A stretch of DNA of 63,284 nt, filler included, from Candidatus Rokuibacteriota bacterium (GTDB lineage Bacteria; JAUVQV01; DATDCY01): assembly GCA_031406795.1 (NCBI GenBank). It is 7 parts of 7 records of this genome, joined end to end, with 100 filler letters (N's around TTAATTAATTAA, not from the genome) between each part and the next. Parts side by side here need not be neighbours in the genome. Positions count along the whole stretch, not along the records: positions 1 to 12,172 come from JANOHV010000196.1; 6 more parts are not named here. The stretch is one strand, 5' to 3'. The notes under the pieces are model-generated. The model ran no database searches, had not been told where the DNA came from, and worked only from the letters and a program-made list of their open reading frames with translations. The translations under genes were made by a program, and so were the position numbers. Position 1 is the first letter of the stretch. The number at the start of each line of letters is the position of its first letter. Of this stretch, positions 1-11,353 are shown one piece after another.

Positions 1-208
1 CGTTGCCCATATCTGATCGCAATGCATGCTTCAAGCGAAACTTGACCTCTGCCACCCCATGCTTCCTGCAAGAAATCGTGCTTTTTCAGCGGTTGAAATG
101 CCTTCTCTGCTGCTGGATCCGCGCGTACGCGCGGATCTGGGCACCTCCCCTTCGCGCCACCCCTCCACCCAGCCCAGTCGGGTCGGCAGTGGAGCTGTGT
201 CACCCTCG

Positions 209-792
209 TTAAATTGAGCCTCGCACGTTCTTGAGCACCTGCCGGCGGAACTGCCCCTCCTCGCGCCGCACCACCGCGACGAGCTTCACCGGCACCCGTT
301 TGAGGATCACGTCGGCGGTGTCCGTGCGGAACCAGACCTTTCGCGCCTCGTACCCGCCGAGATCCGAGGCGACGACGGGGATGCGCTCCTGCTCCATCAA
401 CTCGCGGATGAACCGCACGTTGCGGAAGCCGGGCGAGGTGACCTCGTCCATCTGGCGGATGACGTGCCCGCCGCCGAAGAGCTTGGCCGCCAGGCGCCTG
501 CGGGCCGCACCGGCGGCAACCAGCGCCCGCACGAGCAACTCCACGGCGTCCTGACCGAAGCGGGAAACGGCCTCGAACCGCCCTTCGTCCGCGGCCCGCC
601 CCGGCAGCAGAATGTGGTTCATGCCGCCGACGCCGGCCGCGGCGTCGTAGAGACACACGGCGACGCAGGAGCCCAGCAGTGTGTAGAGCACTTCGGGTGA
701 GCGGCTGACCCGGTACTCGCCGATGTGGAGCTGCATCGCCGGCGGTGGCGCGGTCTCCCCGGGCCGGATCAGATGCGCGAGACCGCGACGCA

Positions 793-793
<1 letters not shown>
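209..793 (-). CDS. cheD: Chemoreceptor glutamine deamidase CheD
   Basis: TLLGSCVAVCLYD..GGMNHILLP catalytic Cys/His motif and AKLFGGG; ATG at 793 overlaps the cheB stop (TGATG). Confidence 0.92.
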
Positions 794-1875
<1,082 letters not shown>

Positions 1876-2748
1876 TCAGCCGACGGTGCGATACGTCGAG
1901 AACCCCATCGCGGTCACCGGCAGTCCCATGCCGTGGATACTCTCGGTGTGTCCGAGAAACAGGTACCCGCCGGGTCCGATCCGTCCGATCAGCCGCAGCA
2001 GCAATTCGCGCTGAAACTCCTTCTCGAAGTAGATCAGCACGTTGCGGCAGAAGACCACGTCGAACGGCGCGCCCACCGCGTAGTCGTTGTCGCGGAAATT
2101 CAGCCGCTGAAACGAGACGCGGGAGCGCAGGTCGGGGTGGATCCGCACAAGAGGCTGGGTGCGGTCGCGGCTGCGCAGGATGTAGCGCGAGCGCAGCGGG
2201 GCCGGAACCGGTTCGATCCGCTCCGCGCGGTAGACACCGCGGGCCGCCGCCTGCAGCACGCGCGTCGACAGATCGGTGGCGAGGATCTGGTACTCGAAGC
2301 CCGGACGCCGGAACCGGAATTCCTCGAGCACCATGGCCAGCGTGTAGGCCTCCTCCCCGGTGGCGCATCCCGCGCTCCAGGCCCGCAGCGGCGCGCGCAG
2401 CCCGCGTTCGACCAGTGCCGGCAGGGCCGCGCGCTGCAAATATTCGAACTGCACGCCCTCGCGGAAGAAATCCGTCTTGTTCGTCGTGACGACGTCGAGC
2501 AGGTGCACGAGTTCGTGCTCGAAACCGCCGGGGCCGAAGACGTAGTCGCAATATTCCTCGAAGTGGACGAGACCCAACGCGCGCAGACGCTTTCTCAGGC
2601 GCGCCTCGAGCATGGTCTTCTTGACGACGGGCATCTTGATCCCGCACTCCTGCTGGATCATCTGGCTGAAGCGCCTGAAGACCGCGTCGGGCATCGGGAC
2701 CAGCGGCGCAACGCAATTGACCGGCTCGCGGACCGACTCCCGCGCCAT
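1876..2748 (-). CDS. cheR: Chemotaxis methyltransferase CheR
   Basis: TTNKTDFFRE, WSAGCATGEEAY, LATDLS, FCRNVLIYF; start moved to MARESV (ATG 2748). Confidence 0.95.
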   Translation of the reverse strand: MARESVREPVNCVAPLVPMPDAVFRRFSQMIQQECGIKMPVVKKTMLEARLRKRLRALGLVHFEEYCDYVFGPGGFEHELVHLLDVVTTNKTDFFREGVQFEYLQRAALPALVERGLRAPLRAWSAGCATGEEAYTLAMVLEEFRFRRPGFEYQILATDLSTRVLQAAARGVYRAERIEPVPAPLRSRYILRSRDRTQPLVRIHPDLRSRVSFQRLNFRDNDYAVGAPFDVVFCRNVLIYFEKEFQRELLLRLIGRIGPGGYLFLGHTESIHGMGLPVTAMGFSTYRTVG

Positions 2749-2810
2749 CGACTGCCCCCCCCGGAGCCCGCCGGGTTCGCGGCGCGCCCCGCTCTCGGCC
2801 GCGCGAAACG

Positions 2811-5360
2811 TCACGCCCGGGAAAGCCCCGCGGGCGCCGCGAGCTCCACGTGCTGGACCAGTTGGGTCACATCGAGGATCAGGGCCACGGTGCCGTCGCC
2901 GAGGATCGTCGCCCCCGAGAACCCGCGGACCTCCCGGAACAGGCGCCCGAGCGGCTTGATGACCGTCTGCTGTCCGCCGATCACCCGGTCGACGACCAGG
3001 CCGACGCGCTGGCCATCGGTCTCGGTCACGACGATCTGCTCGCGCGCGGGCGCCGCGCCGGGCACCCGGAACCAGTCGCGCAGCCGCACATACGGCACGA
3101 GTTCGCCGCGGATCTCGGCCAGCGCTCGCTCCCGGCCCTCGTCCCCGGGACGGCGCACCAGTTCGACGCACTCCTTCACGACCGCCAGCGGCAGGATCAG
3201 GTGATCGCCGCCGAGCACGACCTCGAGACCCTCGATAATCGCCAGCGTGAGCGGGATGCGAATCTCGAACGCGGTAGCCTCGCCGCTGCGGCTCTCGACG
3301 TGCACCCGGCCGCGCAGCGACTCGACGGTGCGCTTGACCACGTCGAGCCCCACGCCCCGCCCGGAGATCGTCGTGACTTTGTCGCTGGTCGAGAAACCCG
3401 GCAGGAACATCAGCGCGTGGAGTTCCCGTTCCGTCCGCTGGTCGCCCTCCGCGATCAGGCCGCGGTGCACCGCCTTGCGCCGCACCGCCTCGGCGTCGAT
3501 GCCCGCGCCGTCGTCCTCGACGCGGATGACGACATTCGCGCCGGCGTACGACGCGCTCAGCCGCACAGTGCCGCGCTCGGGCTTTCCGGCGCGCAGACGC
3601 TGCCCGCGCGGCTCGATGCCGTGATCGATGCTGTTGCGCAGCAGATGGACGATCGGGTCGTTGAGCCGGTCGATGACGTTCTTGTCCAGTTCGGTGTCCT
3701 CCCCCTCGGTCCTCATCTCCACGTCGCGGCCGATCTCATGCGAGAGATCGCGCACGAGCCGGCGGAACTTGCCAAAAGCCGGGCCGATGGGCACCATCCG
3801 GACGCTCAGGCTGTGATCGCGCAATTCCGCCGTCAGCCGCTCGACCTCCTCGGCGACCCCGAGCAGCTCCGGGTCCGACTGCCGGCTGGCCAGCAGCGTC
3901 AGGCGCGCCTGAACCGTGACCATCTCACCCACGAGATCGACCAGCTTGTCGAGCTTCTCCGCCGCCACCCGCAACGTGGAGGCGACTTCGCCCGACTTGC
4001 GCAGCGCCGCCTCTGCGACGGAGCCGCGCTGCACCCCGGCCGGTCCCTCGCCTCGGGCGGCGGGGATTTCACCGGGAGGGCGAGGGCCGCACTCGTCCGC
4101 GTCGCTCGCCGGTGCGAGCTGCGCGCGAGCGGTGAGCGCGGGACCGGGTGGGACCGGCGCCTCGGCGCTGCTCAGCGGAGTGATCGCGACGGCGGCGTCC
4201 CCGCCGACGAAGATGAACGCGTCGCGAATCTCCGGCAGCGTATGGTTCGTGGTCAGCAGGATCTCCCAGGAGAGGTAGCAGGCACCCGGGTCGATCGACT
4301 CCAGGGCGGGCACCTCGTCGAGGAGCGCGGTCACGGTGCACTCCCCCATCCTCTGCAACTCCTCGAACACCAGCAGCGGGTCGGTTCCCCCGGCGAACAG
4401 GGAGCGGTCGGGCTTGAACAGCAGCCGCCAGGCGACGGGAGCCGCCGGGACGGCGCGATCGCCCGGCGGAACGGCGTCGATCTCGCCATGAGCGCGCATC
4501 CGCTGGAAGGTCGTGATTTCGCGGGCCCGGAGCTCCTGCTCCGCGTCGTCGTCGACGCCGGCGAGCAGGCTCAGGATCCGGTCACGGGCCTCGAGCGTCA
4601 TGTCGATCAGCTCCCGGGTGACCGGCAGCCGGCTGGCCCGCAGCTGGTCGAAAACGCTCTCGAGTTCGTGCGCGAAGGCTTCGAGCTCCGTGTAGCCGAA
4701 CATCCCCGCATTGCCCTTGATGGTGTGCAGCGCGCGGAACGCCCGGGCAATGAGTTCCTCGTCGTGCGGACTGCTCTCCAACGCCATCAAGGCGCCCTCC
4801 AGGTCGGCGAGCAGGTCTCGCGCCTCGTCCTTGAAGTGCGCCACGAGGGCGGCAGGAAGCGGCTCGGGCCCCTTCTGCAGCGATGCCCGCCCCGTGGTCA
4901 TCGCCGCGCGCTCAGCCGGCGCCCGGGCGGCCTCCGGCGAACCGGCATCCTCGAGCACCCGCGCGATCCGTCGCCGGGCGACATCGCGCAGGCGGGCCTC
5001 CGCGGGGGTGTCGTCGGCGGGGTCGAGAAGTGCGAGCAGTCGGTCCTTCGCGCCAAGCGTCAGGTCGATGATCTCGGGCGAAACCCGCATCTTTCCCTTG
5101 CGCAGCAAGTCGAAGACATGCTCGAGATCGTGGGCGAACTCCTCCAGCGCGGCGAAACCGAACATTGCGCCGTTGCCTTTGATGGTGTGCAGGGCGCGAA
5201 AGGCCCGCCCCACCAGCTCGTCGTCGTCCGGACGCCGCTCGAGTTCCATGATGGCGGATTCCATGTCGCAGAGCAATTCGCGGGCTTCGTCGCGAAAACC
5301 GCCGATCAGCGCCGGCAGAATGTCATCCAACGTCTCGTCGGGCTGCAGCGGTTCAGCCAT
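2811..5360 (-). CDS. cheA: Chemotaxis histidine kinase CheA with two tandem Hpt domains
   Basis: Two copies of RAFRALHTIKGN; dimerization domain KLDKLVDLVGE; HATPase HLLRNSIDHG, DDGAGID, SGRGVGLD; C-terminal CheW-like domain. Confidence 0.95.
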   Translation of the reverse strand: MAEPLQPDETLDDILPALIGGFRDEARELLCDMESAIMELERRPDDDELVGRAFRALHTIKGNGAMFGFAALEEFAHDLEHVFDLLRKGKMRVSPEIIDLTLGAKDRLLALLDPADDTPAEARLRDVARRRIARVLEDAGSPEAARAPAERAAMTTGRASLQKGPEPLPAALVAHFKDEARDLLADLEGALMALESSPHDEELIARAFRALHTIKGNAGMFGYTELEAFAHELESVFDQLRASRLPVTRELIDMTLEARDRILSLLAGVDDDAEQELRAREITTFQRMRAHGEIDAVPPGDRAVPAAPVAWRLLFKPDRSLFAGGTDPLLVFEELQRMGECTVTALLDEVPALESIDPGACYLSWEILLTTNHTLPEIRDAFIFVGGDAAVAITPLSSAEAPVPPGPALTARAQLAPASDADECGPRPPGEIPAARGEGPAGVQRGSVAEAALRKSGEVASTLRVAAEKLDKLVDLVGEMVTVQARLTLLASRQSDPELLGVAEEVERLTAELRDHSLSVRMVPIGPAFGKFRRLVRDLSHEIGRDVEMRTEGEDTELDKNVIDRLNDPIVHLLRNSIDHGIEPRGQRLRAGKPERGTVRLSASYAGANVVIRVEDDGAGIDAEAVRRKAVHRGLIAEGDQRTERELHALMFLPGFSTSDKVTTISGRGVGLDVVKRTVESLRGRVHVESRSGEATAFEIRIPLTLAIIEGLEVVLGGDHLILPLAVVKECVELVRRPGDEGRERALAEIRGELVPYVRLRDWFRVPGAAPAREQIVVTETDGQRVGLVVDRVIGGQQTVIKPLGRLFREVRGFSGATILGDGTVALILDVTQLVQHVELAAPAGLSRA

Positions 5361-5724
5361 GATCCGGAGCACATCCTTCCGGCGTCTCGGGGGCCAGATC
5401 ATCATCCCAGAGGCAGCGTCCGGGACAGCCCGGGCCCCGCCGCGCGCCCGCGGCGCAGATCAGCCGCCGAACCGCAGCAGCCGCCGCCAGGCCGCCGAGG
5501 CTAAAGGTGATCGCGCGGGCGGCGGCCGTGTGATGAGCCGCGCACAGCAACTGCAGGAAGCTCAGATCGACCTCCCCGACCTCACGCATCTCCAGACAGA
5601 CCCGGGTTTTCTCCTCGAAGGCCTGCAGCAGAGCCTGCTGCAGAAGGCCGGCCTGCGAGGCGCAGAACTGCCCGCCGGCCACAACGACCGCCTCGTCCCC
5701 CCGGTGCTCGATGCCGATCCGCAT
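5353..5724 (-). CDS. STAS domain protein
   Basis: VCLEMREVGEVDLSFLQLLCAAH matches the STAS pattern (DxS.LQLL); directly upstream of cheA as in F8-type che clusters. Confidence 0.8.
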   Translation of the reverse strand: MRIGIEHRGDEAVVVAGGQFCASQAGLLQQALLQAFEEKTRVCLEMREVGEVDLSFLQLLCAAHHTAAARAITFSLGGLAAAAAVRRLICAAGARRGPGCPGRCLWDDDLAPETPEGCAPDHG

Positions 5725-5761
5725 CTGCAGCCCCTGTCTCTTCACGTGTCCTGCGACGCGC

Positions 5762-6592
5762 CTAGCCGAGGGCGACGGCGAGGCCGTCGTCGGCGCCCGA
5801 CCAGTCAAGGACCTGGCCGCTGCGACTGAACGTCCGGGCGCCGATGAGCGTCGCCGCGGCCTGAGCCGCGAGCAGACCGAGAATCTCCTGATCGAGCGGG
5901 GTGAACCCCTGCTTCTGCTCGAGCAGCTTGTAGATGGCGAGGACGCCGACCGGTCGCTCCTCGAGCTTGAGCGGAATGCACGAGACCGGCTCGCCCGCGG
6001 TCGCCGGTGCTCCTCCCGGAGCGCCGTACCACGGCTCACCTGCGCGCAGCGTCTGCCAACGCTCCGCCGGCAACCTCACCGGCTTCCCGTCCAGCAGGCC
6101 GCACTCGTCCGTGACACTCACCAGCTGCATCCTGCCGGAACCGGCGTCGAGCAGCCAGATCCCGAAGACCTCGGCGCCAACCAGGTTCAGCATGATCTCG
6201 CGGATGATCGTAATCACTGATTCCTCGTTGAGCGTCGAGTGCAGCTGATACCCCGAAACGTAAAGGTTGAGCAGACTCTCGTTCTGGTGCTCGACCTCCT
6301 GGTAGCGTTGGCGGAAATCCTCGTTCTCGCGATTCAGCGCCTCGAACTGCGACTTGATCTCCTCGAGCTGCCGGCGCAGCTGCTGGTTCTCGCTGAGGAC
6401 GTCCTGGTGCCGGTCTTCCGGCGCCCGGGACACGCTGGACAGCTCCTGCTGCAGATGAAAGACCTTGTAGCGCAGGCGCTCGTTCTCCCGCATGATCTCG
6501 TCGACGAAGGTCTTGCTGCGGGCATAGGCGCGAACCGCGCCCTCGGCGGCCGGCAAATGCTCCTGCGCGTCCTTCTCTTTCTTCTGGCTCAT
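5762..6592 (-). CDS. Coiled-coil + GAF domain protein
   Basis: Heptad-rich N-half (ENERLRY..ENQQLRRQLEEIKSQF); GAF-like C-half (LHSTLN..IPLKLEERPVGVLAI..FTPLDQEILGLLAAQAA). Confidence 0.8.
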   Translation of the reverse strand: MSQKKEKDAQEHLPAAEGAVRAYARSKTFVDEIMRENERLRYKVFHLQQELSSVSRAPEDRHQDVLSENQQLRRQLEEIKSQFEALNRENEDFRQRYQEVEHQNESLLNLYVSGYQLHSTLNEESVITIIREIMLNLVGAEVFGIWLLDAGSGRMQLVSVTDECGLLDGKPVRLPAERWQTLRAGEPWYGAPGGAPATAGEPVSCIPLKLEERPVGVLAIYKLLEQKQGFTPLDQEILGLLAAQAAATLIGARTFSRSGQVLDWSGADDGLAVALG

Positions 6593-6759
6593 CGGTCCTG
6601 TTCCTCCCTGCCGTGCCTGCCCCCGACCCGCTGCTGTCGCCTGCGGCACCAACGCGGGCCACAGTTGCCTGAAGATAGCACAGTTGGCGAGCCGGAGAGC
6701 GATGTCCGACGCGCACTTTCTCTGGCCTCCCGGCGCCATGGCGGCTATAATCCCCCCTG

Positions 6760-7521
6760 ATGAACGCGGCATGCCGGAGCGAACTGCTTGCAGCCTGCCG
6801 GCTGCTCTTCGACCGGGAACTCGACGCGACGTTTCTCGACCATCTTCAGGAATCCGGGCTCAGGGCCGCCTGGCGGCTCAAGGCGCTCCAGACGCACCCG
6901 GATCGGGCGGTCGGGCAGGCGGCAAAGGTGCGTCAAACCGAACGCTTCATCGCGGCCCGCCTCGCGTACGGCCTGCTCAAAGCGCACCTGGGAGATCGCG
7001 CGGAGGGCCGCGAACCGGCCCCCCCGCGTGCCCCCCGCCCCAGCACCGTCCCGCACCGGCCCTGGCGGCCGCCCGCACCGCGGCAGCCTCCGCCGCGATC
7101 CGATGCGCCGCGGCAGAAAGGCCCCGCCCCGGTCGCCGGCGTTCCGCGAAGGCGCCTGCGGCTCGGCGAATTCCTGTACCACTCCCGGGTCATTACCTTT
7201 GCAGCGCTCGTGGAGACGCTCGTCTCCCAGCGTCGCCAGCGCGAACGCTTCTGCGAAATCGCGCTGCGCTGGGGCTATCTCACAAATGGGCAGCTAAGCA
7301 TCCTCCTCGCCCGGCGACTGCCGCTGGAGCTCATCGGGGAGACCGCGCATCGCCTGCAGCTCCTCACGCCCCCTCAGATCCGCCTGGTGCTGACGTTTCA
7401 GCGGATGCGCCAGGAGCCGCTCGGGAGGCTCTTCGTGCGCCGCGGACTGCTCACGAGCCGCCGCCTGGAGGAGCAGCTCGGCCGGATGGTCCGGCACAAC
7501 GCCTCGCTCCCCGCCGGTTGA
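6760..7521 (+). CDS. J-domain (DnaJ-like) protein with C-terminal LGE-type repeats
   Basis: AWRLKALQTHPDR (HPD motif), Pro-rich linker, repeated RLGEFL/LIGET/PLGRLF segments; TATAAT at 6746-6751 just upstream of the ATG. Confidence 0.8.
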   Translation: MNAACRSELLAACRLLFDRELDATFLDHLQESGLRAAWRLKALQTHPDRAVGQAAKVRQTERFIAARLAYGLLKAHLGDRAEGREPAPPRAPRPSTVPHRPWRPPAPRQPPPRSDAPRQKGPAPVAGVPRRRLRLGEFLYHSRVITFAALVETLVSQRRQRERFCEIALRWGYLTNGQLSILLARRLPLELIGETAHRLQLLTPPQIRLVLTFQRMRQEPLGRLFVRRGLLTSRRLEEQLGRMVRHNASLPAG

Positions 7522-7635
7522 TTCCTGCGTGTCCCGATGGAGCTTGTGCGATCGCGGCTTTCGTAATCCACCTGTGTCTGCTAAGGTACGGTTCAGAAAA
7601 GACTCACACTTTGCCGAAAGAGGGAGAATGACCAG

Positions 7636-9102
7636 ATGCCGTCGCTCGCAGGTATCGTCCTGCCGATCGTGCTGACCGCCGCCGGCGGCCTGCTGCTCTC
7701 GCGCGGGAGAAGCTCCGCTTCGTCTCTCCGCGCCCGCGGGGACGGAGCCGGCAAGCGGCCTTGCCGACCGGACCTCGACGGGAGAATCCCGGATCGCGGG
7801 CTGTTCGGACTGCGCTCCGGCCTCGTGGCGCGTGTGAATGCGCTGCTCGGCGAGGTTGGCTCCTGCCTCAAGCATCTCTTCTTGAGCGGATTGGAGCAGA
7901 CGAGGTTGTCGGACAGCGTCAAGCGGGACGCCGGGGAGATGGCGGAGACCGCCGACCGGACCGAACGCCTCGCCGCGGAGGTGGCCAACGCGATGAGCGA
8001 GATGTCCGCCACCGTCGGAAAGATCGCCTTCACGGTCAGTCAGAACTCCGCGTCCCGCGGCGCTCTGGACAAGAGCGAATCCTCCGTGGAGAGCGTCAGA
8101 CGACTCTCCGTCCAGATTACCACCTGGGCCGAGACCAACAAGACGCTCTCCCAGGCCTCTGGCGAGATCTCCGGGTTTGTCGGCGTCATCAACGAAATCG
8201 CCCGGCAGACGAACCTCCTGGCTTTGAACGCCGCCATCGAGGCCGCGCGTGCCGGCGAGAAGGGTCGGGGCTTCGCCGTCGTCGCCGCCGAAGTCAGAAA
8301 ACTGGCCGACCGGACATCCGAATACACGAGGGAGATCGCCGGGGCCATCAGCGTGATCAGGCAGCAGGCCGAGAATTCGCTGGGAAACATGGAGGCCACG
8401 CTCAGCAGCGTCACCGAGAGCATCGAGAAGGCGGAGAACACCGACCGCTCGCTGCGGCAAATCACCTCGAAGGCGGCGAAGATCGCCAGCGAGGTCTCCT
8501 CGAGTATGCAGGAGGTTTCCGCGCATGCAACCAAGTCCCGCCTGCTCGCGGAGCGGCTCACCGAGTCCGGGGAAGCCGTCGCGCGCGGCACCCTGGAGAT
8601 GTATTCGCGTCTTTGCACATTCCAGACATCGGCAACCGACCGGATGATCGACGCGCTGCTCAACGCCGCAGCCGAGGAGTTCGGGGAAAAGCTGGCCCTG
8701 GACGTGGAAAGGGGCGCCCTCAGCGCAACGGACCTGTTCGACGAGAACTATCGGCCTCTCGACGGCGAGCGGTGCGCTTCGGGAGCAACGGACTATTTCC
8801 GGACCGAAATACTGCCGAAGCTTACCGCCTGGAGCGGGGGACACACCGGTATCATCTATGTCGTCGCGATGGATCGGAACGGTTTCATGCCGGTGCACGT
8901 GATGCCGGCCAGAAGCGGCGTCATCATGAAGGACCCGGTTTCTCAGCGCGGCGCGCGTGCGGACACCATTCTCGGCCAGGCCTTCAGGCGGCCCCTCCAG
9001 GCCGGCGGCGAACTGGTGGTCGACGTGGCGACGCCGATCGTCGTCGGCGGCCGCCACTGGGGCTGCCTCAGGATCGGTTACCTGCCGGATACCCGAGGCT
9101 GA
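7636..9102 (+). CDS. Methyl-accepting chemotaxis protein with a C-terminal sensor-like domain
   Basis: [30 protein letters not shown] hairpin tip; C-terminal [29 protein letters not shown] domain. Confidence 0.9.
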   Translation: MPSLAGIVLPIVLTAAGGLLLSRGRSSASSLRARGDGAGKRPCRPDLDGRIPDRGLFGLRSGLVARVNALLGEVGSCLKHLFLSGLEQTRLSDSVKRDAGEMAETADRTERLAAEVANAMSEMSATVGKIAFTVSQNSASRGALDKSESSVESVRRLSVQITTWAETNKTLSQASGEISGFVGVINEIARQTNLLALNAAIEAARAGEKGRGFAVVAAEVRKLADRTSEYTREIAGAISVIRQQAENSLGNMEATLSSVTESIEKAENTDRSLRQITSKAAKIASEVSSSMQEVSAHATKSRLLAERLTESGEAVARGTLEMYSRLCTFQTSATDRMIDALLNAAAEEFGEKLALDVERGALSATDLFDENYRPLDGERCASGATDYFRTEILPKLTAWSGGHTGIIYVVAMDRNGFMPVHVMPARSGVIMKDPVSQRGARADTILGQAFRRPLQAGGELVVDVATPIVVGGRHWGCLRIGYLPDTRG

Positions 9103-9103
9103 C

Positions 9104-10720
9104 TTACCGCCGCCCCGCCGGAAGTGGCGGCTTTACGGCGGGGCCCAAGCGCGCGACTCGCGTCTTCTGAAACATCTGCTGCACCGCGCCCGTCCCCAGC
9201 GCCGAGCCATCCACTTTGAAGAACTCCATGATCGACTGGAGGTGCTCCGCCTGGCTCGAGAGCTCCTCGGCCGTGCTCGACATCTCCTCGGCCGCGCTCG
9301 CGTTCTGCTGCACCACCTGGTCCAGCTGCTGGATCGCCTTGTTCACCTGCCCGGCGCCCTCGTTCTGCTCCTTGCTCGAACCGTTGATTTCCTGCACCAG
9401 TTCCGCGGTACGCTGGATGTCCGGCACCAGCCGAGCGAGCATCGCCCCCGCCTGCTCGGCCACCTGCACGCTCGTCCCCGAGAGCTTGGAGATCTCCCCG
9501 GCCGCCGTCTGCGAACGCTCGGCGAGCTTGCGCACCTCGCTCGCCACCACCGCGAAACCCCGTCCCTGCTCCCCGGCCCTCGCCGCTTCGATCGCCGCGT
9601 TGAGCGCCAGCAAGTTTGTCTGCCGCGCAATCTCCTCGATGATGGTGATCTTGCCTGCGATTTCCTTCATTGCCGCCACGGTCTGCGTGACCGCACGCCC
9701 CCCCTCGCGCGCATCCTCGGCCGCCTTCAGTGCGATCTTCTCGGTCTGCTGGGCGTTATCCGCGTTCTGCTGGATGCTGGAGACCATCTGCTCCATCGAG
9801 GCCGACACCTCTTCCACCGAACCCGCCTGCTCCGAAGCTCCCTGCGACAGCCCCTCGGCGTTCGAGGAGAGTTCCTGCGACCCCACCGCCACATTTCTGG
9901 CCGCTGCCTGAACATCGGCGATAACGTTCTTGAGCTTTTCCACCATGGTCTTCATGGAAAAGAGGACACTCGATTCGTCGCGACGCTCCGTCCGGATAGC
10001 GAGAAACAGGTTCCCGAGCGCGACGTCGTTTGCGACGGCGGCAACAAATGCGGGCTCAGCTCCGAGCTGATTGACAATGCTCCTGGTCGTCAACCAGGCA
10101 ACGACGGCAAAGAGGATGACGATCACCGCGAGCACCGCCAGATCGACTCGAACGGCACTCCAGAATGCAGTGTCGACATCATCGACGTAGATCCCACTGC
10201 CGATGATCCACCCCCAGGGCGCGAAACCCTTGACATAGGAGATCTTGCGGACCGGCTTCTCCTTCCCCGGTTTCGGCCAGAGATACTGGGCAAATCCGGC
10301 ATTGCTCTTCCGGACGATCTCGACGAAACCGACAAACAGTCTGTTGCCCTCCGGGTCCCGGTAGTCGGAGAGATCATTTCCGTCCAGCTCGCTCTTGTAG
10401 GGATGCATGATCATCGCGGGCTGCATGTCGTTGATCCAGAAGTATTCCGAGGACTCGTAGCGCAGGGCTTTGATCGCTGCGATCGCGGCGAGCTGTGCTT
10501 GTTGCTGCGTCAGGTGTCCCTCGCCAGCCTGCCGGTGGTAACCCTCCAGCACGCCATACGCCACTTCGACAACGTGGCGGGTCTGCAGCCGCTTTTCGTT
10601 GTCCAAAGTCGACCGCAACGCCATGGCGGACAACAGCATATACAGCGACAGACTGCAGATGACGACCCCCGCGTAGATCCAGAGTCGGTCCCTGATCTTC
10701 AACTTTCCGAACATAGACAT
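9104..10720 (-). CDS. Methyl-accepting chemotaxis protein, single Cache sensor
   Basis: TM-sCache ([36 protein letters not shown])-TM-HAMP-MA. Confidence 0.95.
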   Translation of the reverse strand: MSMFGKLKIRDRLWIYAGVVICSLSLYMLLSAMALRSTLDNEKRLQTRHVVEVAYGVLEGYHRQAGEGHLTQQQAQLAAIAAIKALRYESSEYFWINDMQPAMIMHPYKSELDGNDLSDYRDPEGNRLFVGFVEIVRKSNAGFAQYLWPKPGKEKPVRKISYVKGFAPWGWIIGSGIYVDDVDTAFWSAVRVDLAVLAVIVILFAVVAWLTTRSIVNQLGAEPAFVAAVANDVALGNLFLAIRTERRDESSVLFSMKTMVEKLKNVIADVQAAARNVAVGSQELSSNAEGLSQGASEQAGSVEEVSASMEQMVSSIQQNADNAQQTEKIALKAAEDAREGGRAVTQTVAAMKEIAGKITIIEEIARQTNLLALNAAIEAARAGEQGRGFAVVASEVRKLAERSQTAAGEISKLSGTSVQVAEQAGAMLARLVPDIQRTAELVQEINGSSKEQNEGAGQVNKAIQQLDQVVQQNASAAEEMSSTAEELSSQAEHLQSIMEFFKVDGSALGTGAVQQMFQKTRVARLGPAVKPPLPAGRR

Positions 10721-10837
10721 GCCGCTCCCCCTGCTATCATTTGAACCCGGCGGGCTCGCTTGCCCGGCCGCCCCCGTCCCGGTCGGCATCCACCCGACCC
10801 GAGTCCGCACCCGACGTCCTGATCGCGGGTAGCCGGT

Positions 10838-11341
10838 TCAGGTGATCTCCTGCGTCGGTTCCCCGGCGCTCTGCACCAGAGACAACTCGTTGCCGGAGAA
10901 GACCCGGTCGACGTCGAGAATGATCACGAAGCCCTCATCGCGCTTGCCCATCCCCCGGATGAACTGCGAGTTGATGCTCGTGCCGAGGCGCGGCGGCGGT
11001 TCGATCTGCCCCGGACCGAGATCGATCACCTCCTGGACCGAGTCGGCCAGCGCCCCCAGCAGCGTGTGCTCGCCCTCGATCGCCACCTCCGCGATGATGA
11101 TGCAGGTGTTCAGCGTCCGCTCAGTCGCGCTCATCGCGAACTTGAGCCGCAAGTCGACCACTGGCACCACGCTGCCGCGCAGGTTGATCACGCCGCGCAT
11201 GAACTCCGGCATCCGCGGCACGCGGGTGATCGGCGTATAGTCGAGCACCTCGCGCACCTGGGTTATTTCCAGCGCGAACACTTCCTCTCCCAACCGGAAG
11301 GTCAGATACTGCGCAGTCTGTTCCACCGCTGTCGCTCCCAT
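10838..11341 (-). CDS. cheW: Chemotaxis adaptor CheW
   Basis: QYLTFRLGEE..VREVL..GVINLRGSVVPVVDLR. Confidence 0.95.
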   Translation of the reverse strand: MGATAVEQTAQYLTFRLGEEVFALEITQVREVLDYTPITRVPRMPEFMRGVINLRGSVVPVVDLRLKFAMSATERTLNTCIIIAEVAIEGEHTLLGALADSVQEVIDLGPGQIEPPPRLGTSINSQFIRGMGKRDEGFVIILDVDRVFSGNELSLVQSAGEPTQEIT

Positions 11342-11353
11342 TGTCCCGCGCCC

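Noticed and set aside
64-86. Sigma54-like GCACG…TTGCA on the minus strand (similar near 57840-57856 and 40460-40476)
   Set aside because: The invariant GG is missing or the GG-N10-GC spacing is off by one
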